Positions 12,924-27,323 of a stretch of DNA of 64,000 nt are shown here, one piece after another. The first letter of the stretch is position 1; the number at the start of each line of letters is the position of its first letter. The translations under genes and the position numbers were made by a program. A model generated the notes under the pieces. It saw only the letters and a program-made list of their open reading frames with translations, made no database searches and was not told the DNA's origin. This DNA is from Octopus vulgaris (lineage: Eukaryota), in the NCBI GenBank assembly GCA_951406725.2, contig OX597835.1, positions 11,904,001-11,968,000 on the forward strand, given 5' to 3'.

Positions 12924-13170
12924 ATGGTGGTGGTTTGGTGGAACCGTTAGGACGCCGAGCGAAATGCTTAGCGGCGTTTCGTCTGTCTTTACGTTCTGAG
13001 TTCAAATTCCACCGAGGTCGACTTTGCCCTACATCCTTTCGGGGTCGCTTAAATAAGTACCAGATAATGAATGGGGTCGATGTTCTTAATCCCAAAGTAT
13101 GTCCTTGTTTGTCCCCTCTGTGTTAGCCCCCTGTGGGGAATTGCTGGTTTTGTACCAAAATTTGAATTCA
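12924..13170 (+). mobile_element. SINE family A
   Basis: gaaccgttaggacgccgagcgaaatgcttagcgg...gtcgactttgccc...ccccctgtgggg. Confidence 0.8.
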
Positions 13171-13393
13171 ATATATCTCATCACGTCACCCCTCCTAAGT
13201 TTTATCTCCCAGACTTATTACTAAAAATAGACGTTGATAGTTTCAATGCAGTGTGAAAATAATTTCTGGGATGGGGGATATATATCACGATAAGAAGACA
13301 AGATATGAAAATACGAAAATTAAAAGAATTACCTTTTCTCTCATTCACTATACATTCGTAAATACATACACGCACACACGCACACACATACAT

Positions 13394-13425
<32 letters not shown>

Positions 13426-13426
<1 letters not shown>

Positions 13427-13653
13427 AGGCGGTGAGCTGGCAGAAACGTTAGCACGCCGGGCGAAATGCTTAGCGGTATTTCATCTGCCGTTACGTTCTG
13501 AGTTCAAATTCCACCGAGGTCGACTTTGCCTTTCATCCTTTCGGGGTCGATAAATAAAGTACCAGTTTCGCACTGGGGTCGATGTAACCGACTTAATCCC
13601 TTTGTCTGTCCTCGTTTGTCCCCTCTGTGTTTAGCCCCTTGTGGGTAGTAAAG

Positions 13654-13658
<5 letters not shown>
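13426..13658 (+). mobile_element. SINE family A, full head with tail B
   Basis: aaggcggtgagctggcagaaacgttagcacg...ccccttgtgggtagtaaagaaata, inserted in (TA)n. Confidence 0.9.
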
Positions 13659-13721
<63 letters not shown>

Positions 13722-13736
13722 TTATATATATATAAA

Positions 13737-14042
13737 GGAGCACTCTGTCAGTTACGACGACAAAAATCCCAACTGAAATGATCAACGGAACAGCTTGCTC
13801 GTGAACTTAACGCTCAAGTGACTGACCACTCCACAGACACGTGTACTCCTAACGTAGTTCTCAGGGAGATTCAGCATAACACAGAGTGTGACAAGGCCGA
13901 CCCTTTGAAATACAGGTGCAACTCATTTTTGCCAGAAGGGTGAACTGGAGCAACGTGAAATAAAGTGTCTTGCGCCAGGATTTGAACTCACGACCTTACG
14001 ATTGTGAGCCGAATGCCCTAACCATTAAGCCACGCGCCTTCA
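13737..14042 (-). mobile_element. tRNA-derived SINE family D (different head) with tail X
   Basis: rc gaaggcgcgtggcttaatggttagggcattcggctcacaatcgtaaggtcgtgagttcaaatcc...tttcacgttgctccagttcac, then the same tail as family B at 7980. Confidence 0.8.
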
Positions 14043-14064
14043 CATACATACATATATACATACA

Positions 14065-14445
14065 AGGAGGCGCAATGGCCCAGTGGTTAGGGCAGCGGAC
14101 TCGCGGTCGTAGGATCGCGGTTTCGATTCCCAGACCGGGCGTTGTGAGTGTTTATTGAGCGAAAACACCTAAAACTCCACGAGGCTCCGGCAGGGGATGG
14201 TGGTGATCCCTGCTGTACTCTTTCACCACAACTTTCATTCACTCTTTCTTCCTGTTTCTGTTGTACCTGTATTTCAAAGGGGCCTTGTCACTCTCTGTGT
14301 CACGCTGAATATCCCCGAGAACTACGTTAAGGGTGCACGTGTCTGTGGAGTGCTCAGCCACTTACACGTTAATTTCACGAGAAGGCTGTTCCGTTAATTC
14401 GGATCAACCGGAACCCTCATCGTCGTAACCGACAGAGTGCTTCCA
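14065..14445 (+). mobile_element. SINE family B, tail X
   Basis: Highly similar to 7980-8395. Confidence 0.88.
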
Positions 14446-15334
14446 CCACATACATACATACATACATATATATGTGTATGTATGTATACATGTGGGTGTG
14501 TGATTGTGTGTGTGTGTTTGTGTTTGTATATGTATTACAGAAGAAGAAAAAGAAATAAAAACATGTAGCTTTGAACCAATATCGTTAAGGATGTTTCTAG
14601 TAGCAAACTAATACTTAATACTAACAGTGAATGAATAATCTCGCATAGTTAAACATAGATTGGAATATCTGCCGGCATTATTGGATGTTAATATTCTGCG
14701 GAAAATTGCCAGTAATTAGAGCTAAATATTCGCCGCAAATGATGCACCTAAAACGCAGCTCATTAGATTTGAATGTTGAAGTCTAATTAGATGGAAATAA
14801 CGCGCACGTGTTTAAAGGAACACGTCTAAATTAGAGGATATCATGAGTCGCAGATTCGCCTAAACTTTGTGAATTATCTCAATGTAATCTGATTACATTA
14901 ATGGGACAGAATGAAAAGGACATGTAGATATTTATCGAGTTTAATTATCTTGTTGCTTACATACTGTCAGTTGCTCTGCAATCTTTACACGAAGCAAAAT
15001 TCTTGCGCATGTTCTGTTATTCGTTATCTGTAAGATAAAGTCTTCTAATTCAATCATATTTATTTGATAGTAAACGATGTTGCAGATTTTGAATGGATAG
15101 TTTATTGGCCTTCCGTTTTACGATCTGCTGAAGTGAAGTGACATCAACAAGGTGAAACCCATGGCATTAAGTTTGGAGAACATTCTAGCATAGATTTTCA
15201 ATATTGATTTAAAACCAGATATTTGTGGGGAAGGTTATTCTAGACTTAACTGACTTCTAATGCAATTAGCTGATTTAATTTAATCAATACCAAACATATT
15301 GTAGGGTATAATGTATAGACCCACAATAAATGAA

Positions 15335-15552
15335 CTTTTCTGCTACAGGTACCGAAGCCTGAAATTTCGAGGAAAGGAACTAGTCGATTACATCGATTCC
15401 AGTAATTAACTGGAAATTATTTTATCGACTCCGAGAGGATAAAAAGCGAAGTCGACCTCGGCAGAATTTGAACTCAGAACGTCAAGACAGATGAAATACC
15501 GTTTTGAGTATTTTGCCTGGCATGCTCATGATTCTGCCCGTTCGCTGCCTTC
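15335..15552 (-). mobile_element. SINE family A, tail A
   Basis: gtcgattacatcga...gaagtcgacctcggcagaatttgaactcagaacg...gctgcctt. Confidence 0.8.
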
Positions 15553-16220
15553 AGCTTACATATCTAATAATATGGCATTTTAGAATTTTCAGCGTTGTGG
15601 TTTTTGTTCTGTTTTTGACCAATCATCTCAGTGACCAATAGGGAGACGCTATAGAACGATTTTGTTAAATCTGAGCTTCTGTCAACTCCCTCAATGGACA
15701 TTAAACGGTCAGTAATAACGGAATAAACATTCTTTTGGAAATAAAGTAAATCGAATAAAGTCGTAATTTATTGTAAGGCCTTTTCATTACATCTAGCCTC
15801 AGTTCAGTTTGTGATCACAAATACCAGGTCACCTATGGGTATTACCTCTAATACAAGAGATACTTTCATTAAATCGGAGCTAAACAATGGGTCGAATCGC
15901 CGGCGCACGAGGCTGACCATCAATATTAATATTTACAATCCAATACATCTCTAGACAATATAAATATTTGATTTTAAAATGAAAGACGAGGACATAAATC
16001 GATTAAATATGTATAACAGGTTCTACATGATCGCATATTAATCATTCGGTGTGTAATCAAAGCTCGCTCTGCAGTGTATATTAGAGTCAGACGAACATAC
16101 TCGGCGGGAAATAGTCGTACGAGTAACTCGATCATAGAAAATTGCCGATAAACCGACAGTAAACTTGCCATCACTACTTAGTGTAGCAACCAGAACTATC
16201 AGTATTTGGACATGCTAAAT

Positions 16221-16253
<33 letters not shown>

Positions 16254-16378
16254 CCCGCCGATTATTACTTTTAACTTTTATCACTTGACTAGTTTCAGTC
16301 GATTGACTGTCGTCATGCTGGAGCAGGTAGGTAGGTAGGCACACACATATATGATGTCAGACTGTATCTATGATTTTA

Positions 16379-16539
<161 letters not shown>

Positions 16540-16579
16540 ATGTATGTATGTATATATATACATATATATATATATATAA

Positions 16580-16747
16580 CAGTGGTTCTCAACCGGCGTC
16601 CATATGGTTCTTGGGCGGCGGCGGTGGGGTCCATAAAAGATTCTGCTATAAAATTTGTAACTTCCATAAAGCAGGAAACATTTTAATTTGTTCTACAATT
16701 TCTAATGACGTTTAATCTAAGGGATCCATTGTCAAAAACTAGTTTAC
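16580..16747 (+). mobile_element. hAT-type MITE fragment
   Basis: Starts cagtggttctcaacc (Charlie/Buster-type TIR, compare 45167). The right end is degenerate. Confidence 0.55.
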
Positions 16748-16754
16748 AATATAT

Positions 16755-16845
<91 letters not shown>

Positions 16846-16999
16846 CATGTGATCTTTGTACATTGATAACACTTCTTCATTTCCTACACTCTGTACATTT
16901 CCAAGAATAGGGGATGTACACCCAGGTGGATGTGGTGATATAATCTCTGAATATCCAACTGTATTAGCAGCAATAGCAGACATTAGTGCAGTTTCATTC

Positions 17000-17700
17000 A
17001 TGTGATGAGGTGGCCCACAGAATGTGTTCCTGGATTCTCAGAACCTTCCAGTCGAGAAATTCCCTCACCATTATCCTTCTCTTCTCCACTTTTGCCCGAC
17101 CCCACCTTGAATACTGCTGTCCACTGTGGTCTCCCTACACGAAACAAAATATTATGAGAATTGAAGCTCCCCAAAGGTCAATCACAAAAAAGATAGATGG
17201 CATGTCAGATTCGACTACTGGGGTAGATTAGAGAAGCTGAAACTGTATTCACTCCAACGACGCCGTGAACGCTACATTATCTGTATGATGTGGAAAATAT
17301 TCCATCAGCACTGTCCGAATGATGTTGGCATCACCTTCAAAATACATCCAAGACTTGGACCCCGTGCCATCTGTCCACAACAAAAATCTAAATCGCATCT
17401 CATAACAACAATACGGCACAATTATTTCACCTCAATTGGACCCGCTCTCTTCAACATTACACCAGGACACGTCAAAACAGAAACTGACCACACAAATTTC
17501 AAGACGTCTTTGGACAAATTCCTTCAAACAGTCCCGGACAAACCACCCACACCCAGATATGTCACCGCAAACAATAACTCTCTGCTCGAATGGGCCTTGG
17601 TGCCCAAATCCTGAATTGGAAGACTTCGCCAGGTGGTGCTGTTAAGTCAGACATGGCCTGGGCCAATACTGGCCAAAACCTTTCTAAGTTATTCTAAGTT
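17000..17700 (+). mobile_element. 5'-truncated CR1-group LINE (RT C-terminus and 3' tail)
   Basis: AHRMCSWILRTF...RPHLEYCCPLWSPY...IEAPQR, frameshift, then L..L.LYSLQRRRERY..ICMMWK...FKTSLDKFLQTVPDKP. Tail (ttctaagtta)2. Confidence 0.9.
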
Positions 17701-17719
17701 ATATATATATGTATTTATA

Positions 17720-17754
<35 letters not shown>

Positions 17755-18426
17755 GTATACATATATATATTTATTTATAAATATATATACATATGTATGT
17801 ATGTATGTATATGTATATTATGTATGCATTTATGTATTTATGTACACATATATACATCCGTATGATGTAATTGTGTGTGTATGCATCAATTTCTACCGAT
17901 TGATTAGGTAAGCTTAGCCAACCATCACAACGTTTATATGATTTGAATCTCCAACAAACCGACTCCTAATGTTCAGTGGTGCATAATTTGAAAGAAATAA
18001 CGTACAACAATTGTTGTTTGTTTTGGTTAGTGATGGCTTCATTTTCTTCCTTTTATTCTTGAAAATACTAAAGTTCCATAGACATAGACCGAGGGCTTTC
18101 AAGTGACAGAAATATTTCGAGACGGCAAGTTAATGTTGATTTTCGTAAGCGTCGTTCGAAATATATCATAAATGGTTATAACTTCCCACACACAAACAAA
18201 CACAGAAAGACCTGTGTCATGCTTGAGTTTTTCAATCAATCGCCTGTCCGCTCATGAATGATTTGTGCCCGGTCGTCATTCATGGATAACGAACTTTTGT
18301 CTCACAGAATATGAGACTTTGGCTTGTAAGAGGTCTCATCATTCGATATTTATATTAGGTACTGTGCTAGATGTTGACGAAGAGAGCGTAATCGGATCGT
18401 GAATATGGGGGGAAAATGGAAAGGAT

Positions 18427-18427
<1 letters not shown>

Positions 18428-18481
<54 letters not shown>

Positions 18482-18532
18482 GCAATAATAATAATAATAA
18501 TAATAATAGTAATAATAATGATAATAATAATG

Positions 18533-18571
<39 letters not shown>

Positions 18572-18586
18572 GTAGTAGTAGTAGTA

Positions 18587-18656
<70 letters not shown>

Positions 18657-18688
18657 TAATAATGATAATAATAGTAATAATAATAATA
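18428..18688. repeat. (AAT)n microsatellite
   Basis: Direct reading. Confidence 0.97.
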
Positions 18689-18900
18689 AAAATATTCAGA
18701 CAAATACATAACAAAAAGACCAGGACTTACAAACACATATAACATACAGAAAATTGCACTAATGGGCACTGCACACATCCTACGCAGAACACTTTCCATA
18801 CAATAACCATCAGAGCATCACAACAAATCACAGCACATACCCAAGGCACACAGAGCTGCGCTCGGTAGTGAAGTGAAAACACGATATAAAAAATATACTA

Positions 18901-18904
<4 letters not shown>
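18689..18904 (+). mobile_element. 3' end of R4/Dong-type LINE inserted in (TAA)n
   Basis: KYSDKYITKRPGLTNTYNIQKIALMGTAHILRRTLSIQ* matches the 'QK..L.GTAHILR' C-terminus typical of R4/Dong restriction-like endonuclease elements. (AAT)n lies on both sides. Confidence 0.8.
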
Positions 18905-18995
<91 letters not shown>

Positions 18996-19025
18996 TGATG
19001 ATGATGATGATGATGATGATAATAA
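18905..19025. repeat. (AAT)n(GAT)n microsatellite
   Basis: Direct reading. Confidence 0.97.
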
Positions 19026-19212
19026 TGTAGCCTGAGGGTTGGAATTTCTTCCAACAGTCTCATTTGTTATGCGTCAAGTAAAATATACATATCACACTCG
19101 TCGTAAATATGCAATGAATCAATTGACTTAGATTTTGTGAACAGACGTTTTTTTTACAAATGCAAGGTTAGTTATTTGAATATGTATGTGCGTGATTGTG
19201 TGTGTGTGTGTG

Positions 19213-19250
<38 letters not shown>

Positions 19251-19723
19251 TGTGTGTGAGTGTGTACGTATGTATATGTAAGTGAACAGCGATTGATAGA
19301 TGTAAACATAGATGAAAAGAAAATGTTATTTGCACTGTGTACAGAGAGTTGGCATATTAATTCTTAACACGTCTAGGTGGGTTTAGACGTAAAATGCGAT
19401 GGTCGCCGTAGCGTACGTCACAGGAAAATAACTTCTCATTATACGATTACAGTGTATTCAACACGGTCACCTCGGCCGTCATAAAACAGAGAAGTTATTG
19501 TGCTATGGTGTGCGCTACAAAGATCAGAGTATTTTGTGTCTGAATCTGCCAAAACGTGTTTAGAATGAATGTGCCAGTAATTGCTCCAGATTTTGCAGTA
19601 CACGGTGCAAACGGCGATGTTTTCATCAGTTGGCAGATATAAGCATTAGTCAGCCTTTTGTTCGATGAAAGTATAAACAAGGCCAGCGGCCATATTCAGG
19701 CTCATAGTCCCGGCTGCTTCTGA

Positions 19724-19757
19724 CTGAGGAGACACAAAATGTCGAAACACCAGTGTT
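19724..19757 (+). ncRNA. Hammerhead core motif (C3-G8), stem I degenerate
   Basis: CUGAGGA-GACA(CAAAA)UGUC-GAA-ACA(CCAG)UGU-U. The core and stems II/III are intact; stem I pairs poorly. Confidence 0.5.
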
Positions 19758-19854
19758 CTATAATGTCATACGCCAATGAGCCGAGTGTGTCGAATATACT
19801 TTTGCGTTAAAGGAAAAGTTATTCTTTTGTAACGTTCGCCTAGACATATTCATT

Positions 19855-20060
19855 TCAAATCTTGGCACAAGGCCAGCAATTTCGAGGTAGCGTATATGTC
19901 GATTATATCGACCAGTTCAACTGTCACTTATTTTATCGACTCCTGTTGGATGAAAAGCAAAGTCTACCTCGGCGGAATTTCAACACAGAACGTAAAGACA
20001 GACGAAATGCTGGTAAGCAGTTCGACCGCTGTGCTCACGATTCAGACAGCTCGCCACCTT
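19855..20060 (-). mobile_element. Degenerate SINE family A
   Basis: ggcacaaggccagcaat...aaagtctacctcggcggaatttcaacacagaacg...gctcgccacctt. Confidence 0.8.
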
Positions 20061-20212
20061 TGCCCTGCCAAGGCATGTTAAGAATAAATATACAGATAGT
20101 CACTTACATGTACATATGTGTACGTGTGTGTGTGTTTGTGTGTGTGTGTGCATGTATGCATGCATGTATGTATGTATGTATGTAAGTATGTATGTATGTA
20201 AGTATGTATGTA

Positions 20213-20464
20213 TTGCGCAGCGCAATCACCGTGGGAGCAGGGACAGCCGAGGAGGGACGGATTCGGTCAGCGGAGCAGAAACGTCAGATGCGTAAAGTCA
20301 GAGCCACCTGCACCAGTAGCACGGCCCCTACCCACTTCTGCCCCACCTGTGGGAGGGGCTTCCTTGCCCGGATTGGCCTCACCAGCCACCTCAGGTCTCA
20401 TGGCGGCAGTTCCATCAGATGATGTCAGTTGGTCATCTTCGAACCGAAGGACGAACATTATTAT
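20213..20464 (+). mobile_element. 3' end of RTE-clade LINE (C-terminal C2H2 zinc finger)
   Basis: AEEGRIRSAEQKRQMRK...HFCPTCGRGFLARIGLTSHLRSH, short 3' UTR and (att)n tail, inserted in (ATGT)n. Confidence 0.82.
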
Positions 20465-20489
20465 GTAAGTATGTATGTATGTGTGCTGT

Positions 20490-20655
20490 GCGTGTATTTC
20501 TAAGGGCCAGCCTTGTCACACTCTGTGTCACGCTGAATCTCCCCGAGAACTACGTTAAGATTACACGTGTCTGTGGATTACTCAGCCACTTGCACGTTAA
20601 TTTCCGCTGATCGGATCAGCTGGGAGCCTCGTCGTCATGACCGACGGAGTGTTCC
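20490..20655 (+). mobile_element. SINE tail X fragment
   Basis: ccttgtcacactctgtgtcacgctgaatctccccgagaactacgttaag...gacggagtg. Confidence 0.8.
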
Positions 20656-22710
20656 TCCTAAATGCTTACAGATAATAATAACCACAAAATGGAAGTGGCC
20701 ATTTGGCTCTCATTCTTTTCTGCAAGTCAGAAGTGGCGTTTATAACATTGCTACTGTTGGTAACATGTATTTCTCTGCAACATTTATGGAAATTCAATTC
20801 ACAGAATGTAAATATTATTTTTGTGACATATTTATGTAAAGCAATATCTCTGAGAGTCAACAAATTAAAGATTTGAAGTTGTTCCTTTATAAAATCAATG
20901 TTTTAATTATAATGTAAACAGTTTTTTTTTTTTTGGGGGGGGGAGGCTGGGGTTTTTTTTTTCAGTTAAAAAAAAAGAGTGATTTTATATATTTTTATGC
21001 ATTTTATTCATTTTTGCTTAATGCTTTCATGCACTTTCTGGATCATGCATACATAAATAAATTTAAAAGTTTAAAAACATGATATCAGAATCAAATTAAG
21101 ATGAAAAAAAAAATTGTTAATATTCAAAAGAAAACCAGGTACGACTGAGATATATATCCTCACCGGAAGCAAAACGGAAAATATATTACTGATTGCAAAT
21201 TTAACGAGATTGTGAATAATTTTACGAATGATATTAGCAAAGGAACGACAGATTAAAAAAAAAAAAACAAATACATGAAATGAAAGAAATATAAAAACAA
21301 ATAGTATCAATACAAATTTAAAATCAGTAAATCTATTTTACAAATTTAATATTTTTCGCGAATATTCATTGATTGAATTCATAACTGCTTCAAATTTCTA
21401 TAATTTTTTAGATAAAACTGATCATTGTGGCAATAAAATAAACTTGATATCGACAGAATTTTATGAAAAAAATGTGAAATTTGAAATGAAAAACTGTTCT
21501 ATTTCGCACGGTTTCAACATATTTTACAGCAATATGGCAGTTTCTAGTCGAGCACGGACATTCCGGAGATAATGATATACTTGCAGTAACTGAACTCCAG
21601 GATCACCACAAATTTTTAAAATTTGTCACTTTTTTCTCAACTGGTGACTTTCTATCCATACATAATCAATAGGGAGATTTAACATCGAACCCAAAAATAT
21701 ATAAGGGCAAATTATTTGCGAGGAGTTTAAAGTAGGAAAACTTTAATTTGAGGGCATGCATCCAGATGCCATGCACGTGATATGGCTAAGTAAACCGCGT
21801 TTACTCTTTGTATTCATACTTTCCAATTGTGTATATGCTATAATAGCCTGTCATTCTAACACGCTGGGGAATGCCACATGAATGCATTTTTATATGATAC
21901 TCAGAGTAACCGAATAATTTGCTATACGTTATGCTTTTGTTTCAAAGAAATCATTAGTCACTGACGCCGTCGGCTATATAAGTGTGAAGAGAAGGGGAAA
22001 ACAAATGCAAAAGTGAAAGAAATACAAGGAAGAAGAAGCAAAACGCAAAGCGATATGATAATCTGAAATGAAATATAAATACCTAATAATGTTTTTGTGT
22101 CCCTCAATACTTGTCAAACTGTGGTTTTACAAATTTCGTGCAAACTCCGGCAGGAAATGTAAGAAGTGAAAACTAACTCCGTCTTAACATCGAAGTCAAA
22201 GAATATGGAAAAGGATTAGATTGAAGCAAGGAACCTAATTTAAAAGAGAAAATAAAGCACAAAAGCATTAGAAAACCTATGAAATAGTGCTTGAAGTTAT
22301 GAATTTGTGTACAATAGTATAATGTTTTAAAGTCAATAGAAGCGTTTAGCTAGGAGGCAAAGAAATATAATTATGATAATCTCAAATAAAAACAAACAAA
22401 AGTGTAGAAATATTTTCAACGTACTTGATGCATCTCATTGGGGTTCTTCTTGATTCGCTCTGTGTACTTTTAGTGGCAAAGCAAAACAATGACGGTAACT
22501 ACAGACACATAGGAAGTAACATTGTTTAACATCAGTGTGAATTTGAAGATCTTTATCGGATTTTAGCTGCAGGGAAGGCAAGCTGGCATGTGAAAGGAAG
22601 CATGATATCGCGAGAAAGTTCGTGAGTTGCTATTCTCTCTCTTCACCTTTAGCATTTGCAGGAGACGTGTGTAATAGTGGAAATGCTGAGACTGGAAATG
22701 TTTCAAACAT

Positions 22711-23235
<525 letters not shown>

Positions 23236-24206
23236 GTGCATTGAATGTATGCTCATGTGTGTGTGTTTATTTTGTCATGTTGCAAACTTTTACTTACGTA
23301 CATCTCGATAGATAAGCGACCTTCTGTGTCAATGCGTTTGATAATATCTATCTTCGTACATACGTTTGTTTCTGTATATTCCGATTGAATATAAGTTTCC
23401 GTTTCGCTTGATCCGTACCTCTGTAATGGCATATAAATCTGCGTGTCTCCTATACTTAAAGTTCTCACGCTGTGTTATTCATTGTTTATATACATTGATA
23501 AACCTCATCACTAATATATATATTTCAGTACTGCATCTGTATTCGTTTATTTGTATCAAATGCATCTAATGACATTTCGCAAATCTGTTAACGCTCTGTT
23601 AGTAAAGTGCGATTCTACATGTTATTGTTTAAAAGTGATTATTTAATTCAAAAGGTTACAGTTTATAATGGGAACGTTACATGTCTGACGTATGCTTATG
23701 GTGACAATATCTTTAGTTCTCGCCCTAATAATAAAACGTATGAATGTGAACGTATGAATTGCTTACCGCATAAAATTTAAACTTAAGGTCATGGAAACTG
23801 CTGAAATTAATAGCTGTGTTAGGTGTAACAAATTTGATGTTGTTGAAAGCAACGTTAGTCTAAGCGTATAGGACGAAGTCCAAGTGCAGAAATAGCAAGC
23901 AGGAAGCAGTCTTTAAGGGAAAAGCAAGCTCCCTATGCAGAATTGAGCAAAGGATAATTTGAATAGAAGTTCAGGAGAAACTGAAAATACGGGTTTTATT
24001 TAGATCAGATTTTCAATGAGACTTGGACAGTTTTTGAGGGGATAAACTTATTTTATGAGCAATGTCCATTTTTGATTCGTGCCACAGCAATCACTCAACA
24101 CTATTAAAGCAAATGTCCCTAAGTAAAAACAGGTACCATGATGGAATTAATGCTTATATTTGTTATGGTTTTTGTTTGTCTTCTTTTTCCTTTTATCACT
24201 TGTCTT

Positions 24207-24645
24207 ATATACTCTTTTACTCTTTTACTCTTTGACTCTTTTACTCTTTTACTTGTTTCAGTCATTTGACTGCGGCCATGCTGGAGCACCGCCTTTAGTC
24301 GAGCAAATCGACCCCGGGACTTATTCTTTGTAAGCCCAGTACTTATTCTATCGGTCTCTTTTGCCGAACCGCTAAGTGACGGGGACGTAAACACACCAGC
24401 ATCGGTTGTCAAGCAATGCTAGGGGGACAAACACAGACACACAAACATATGCACACACACTTATATATATATACATATATACGACAGGCTTCTTTCAGTT
24501 TCCGTCTACCAAATCCACTCACAAGGCATTGGTCGGCCCGGGGCTATAGCAGAAGACACTTGCCCAAGATGCCACGCAGTAGGACTGAACCCGGAACCAT
24601 GTGGTTGGTTAGCAAGCTACTTACCACACAGCCACTCCTGCGCCT
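24207..24645 (-). mobile_element. tRNA-derived SINE family C (CORE/OR2-like) with internal microsatellite and (taaaagag)n tail
   Basis: rc ggcgcaggagtggctgtgtggtaagtagcttgc...gggttcagtcc...ttgggcaagtgtctt...ggccgcagtcaaatgactgaaacaagtaaaagagtaaaagag. Confidence 0.88.
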
Positions 24646-25024
24646 ATATGCTTTACAATTTACAGCGATGTTGCGCTGGTTTCTAAAAGATATAAATAGC
24701 TGAAACCCACTAGTCCTGACTCTTCTGATTCTCTAAATACCTCCGGTTTTTTCGATGTGTCTCAACAGTATCCCGCTACAGCAAACCTGTCTCTACTTCA
24801 AAAAGAGACTAACATTAGAGCAGTTTCCCCATTTTGCCACAATGAAAACATTGGATGAAATACTGAAATACTGATGGTTGTTTTCAAACATAGTACATTC
24901 ACAAGAAATATTATCTTCGGACAAATACCAAACTAAATTTGCTTTTTCGTGAGGTATTTACATTAAGTATGATATATAGGCAGCTAATTACATCTAGTAC
25001 TGCTTCTGCTACTCTTAAACTATA

Positions 25025-25071
<47 letters not shown>

Positions 25072-25160
25072 GTATGTCCTGTACCCATATATGCATATAT
25101 ATGTACATATATATGTATGTATATGCATATATGTATATATATATACATATATATATATGA

Positions 25161-25208
<48 letters not shown>

Positions 25209-25280
25209 AAATATTAGGAATAAATCCAAACTTATAGGAAAAATCAGATTTAGGATTGAATCCAATTTTATAGTAAAATA

Positions 25281-25535
25281 TTATATTATATTAAATTAGA
25301 GATAAAACCACTATTAGGCAAATCAAACAATGAAAAACTTAAGCGAATACATAAAATTAATAATTTATATTATTTTAAATATATATCAAAATTATTAAAA
25401 GTTTATTATCTTTTATTAAACTTTTAATAATTTTGATATATATTTAAAATAATATAAATTAATTAATTTAAACAATGAAAAAAGTTTTCATTGTTTATTT
25501 CTAATATGGTTTTATCTCTAATTTAATATAATATA
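25281..25535. repeat. AT-rich fold-back inverted repeat
   Basis: Outer arms tattatattaaattagagataaaacca / tggttttatctctaatttaatataata. Inner arms aatttatattattttaaatatatatcaaaattattaaaagttt / aaacttttaataattttgatatatatttaaaataatataaatt. Confidence 0.85.
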
Positions 25536-25659
25536 TATATATATATATACATATATATACATATATATATACATATGTATATTTATAAATATATATATAT
25601 GTATGTATATTTATAAATATATATATGCGTGTATATATATATATATATATGGTGTATTA

Positions 25660-25950
25660 ACAGGTTTACTCCCCTTCCACATGGTTCCGAATTTCACTTC
25701 ACTACATGACACCTCAGCCAAATGTCTTCTACTATAGCTGTGGGCCGACAAAATCCTTGCGAATGGATTCGGTAGATGGAATCTGAAAGAAGCCCGTCGT
25801 GTGTCAGTGTGTTTATGTCCGTGTGTTTGTGTGTGTGTGTGGCTTCGTGTTTTTGTTTGTTCCTCCACACACCGCTTCACAACCGTTGTTGATTTGCAAC
25901 ACGTCTTGTAACCTAGCGGTTCGCCTAAACAGACCAATAAAAGAAGTATC
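25660..25950 (+). mobile_element. Degenerate SINE family C
   Basis: ccacatggttccg...tgtcttctactatagc...ggtagatggaatctgaaagaagcccgtcg. Confidence 0.78.
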
Positions 25951-27280
25951 CAAATCAGCAACTGCTTGAAGAGATCCATAAAAACAAAATATCTGGCACG
26001 TCTTACGAATCGAAAATTAACGACGGGTGGAATGATTCGTTTCGTTCATCATTTCATTTGGTAGCTGACATAATATTGTAACATAATTATGGTCAGAGAT
26101 TTCATATTTGAATATGATTTATATTGCAAAGACATCCATTTTAAAATAGATGCAAGACTGCTTTTGAAAGAGAGATGCACCATGCAGACTTACCTTTCTG
26201 GTCTATAACAACGAAAAGTTGGTTATCTTATATGTATACACATAAACTAAGTTATATTACGTAGCAGCCAATTTCCTGAGATTTTATTGATAACCTTATA
26301 TGTGATGTACTGTTTAGGTTAAACTATTTAAGATATGTAGCCAAATAAATCAATCAGATTTAAGTCGATTTAGTTTGTATAAGTTACGAATTAATTCGCG
26401 CTTCTGATTCGATTGGAACATAGCGAATTCTATAAAGAAGACGGTCAGATTCATTGCTATATTCAATGACTAACTTATATGGAAGATGTGACTGTTCAGA
26501 AAAGATTTATAAATATATTTGAATATCTGGTGTAAAAGATAATTGATATAAAACTATGAGACAAATGAATTCATTTGAATAGAAATATATTATTCATTAT
26601 CCTTTTATGAATATAAAGTCTGCAAAGTTACTTTCGATTTCGATTTGAAAGCGGGAATACACACACACACATACACACACTCATACACAGGCATAAATTT
26701 TTGTATACATGCGTTTCAGTTATCTGTACGTCTATATGTGACGGGTGAGATCGTGTGTACAATTGATAACGTTAGTACCAAATTAGACTAATGTACTTTT
26801 ATATTTCCCTTGCATTTGATGAGAAATTTCACTAGTGAGACGAAGACTGATGTTCTTTCATGACATTCCTTTTGCGAAGTGGTATCTTCAAGGATTAATT
26901 CTAATAGTCTTCTGTAACACAGAACTATAAGGCTTTTACAATAACTGTAAAATACTTCAGTTGTATATTGAACGCCATTGAAATTACAAATCTGGTAGGA
27001 ACTCATGCATGGTGGTTTGTTTGTTAAGGGACCGTGTTTAAAGTAAATATCTAGCAAACATAATTTTCCAGGGATGTTCAATTTATCATTTACAGTAGAC
27101 ATTCAAATATGTTTATAAATCTTTTCTAAACAGTCTCGTCCGCCATATAAGTTATGCAGCCATTTGCATTGCAGAATTAGATATGTTGAGCTCTACAACA
27201 GCAAACAAAGGTTAATACCATTGTTACTTCTATACTTTATATTCATATATGCATGTGTGTGTGAGTGTGAGCGTGTGTGT

Positions 27281-27323
<43 letters not shown>

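Noticed and set aside
17285-17614. 109-aa ORF as a host gene
   Set aside because: It is the frameshifted C-terminus of a CR1-group LINE ORF2.
22560-22630. Possible small exon (ttttag...gtgagt)
   Set aside because: Splice-like motifs only, with no recognisable protein similarity; expected by chance.
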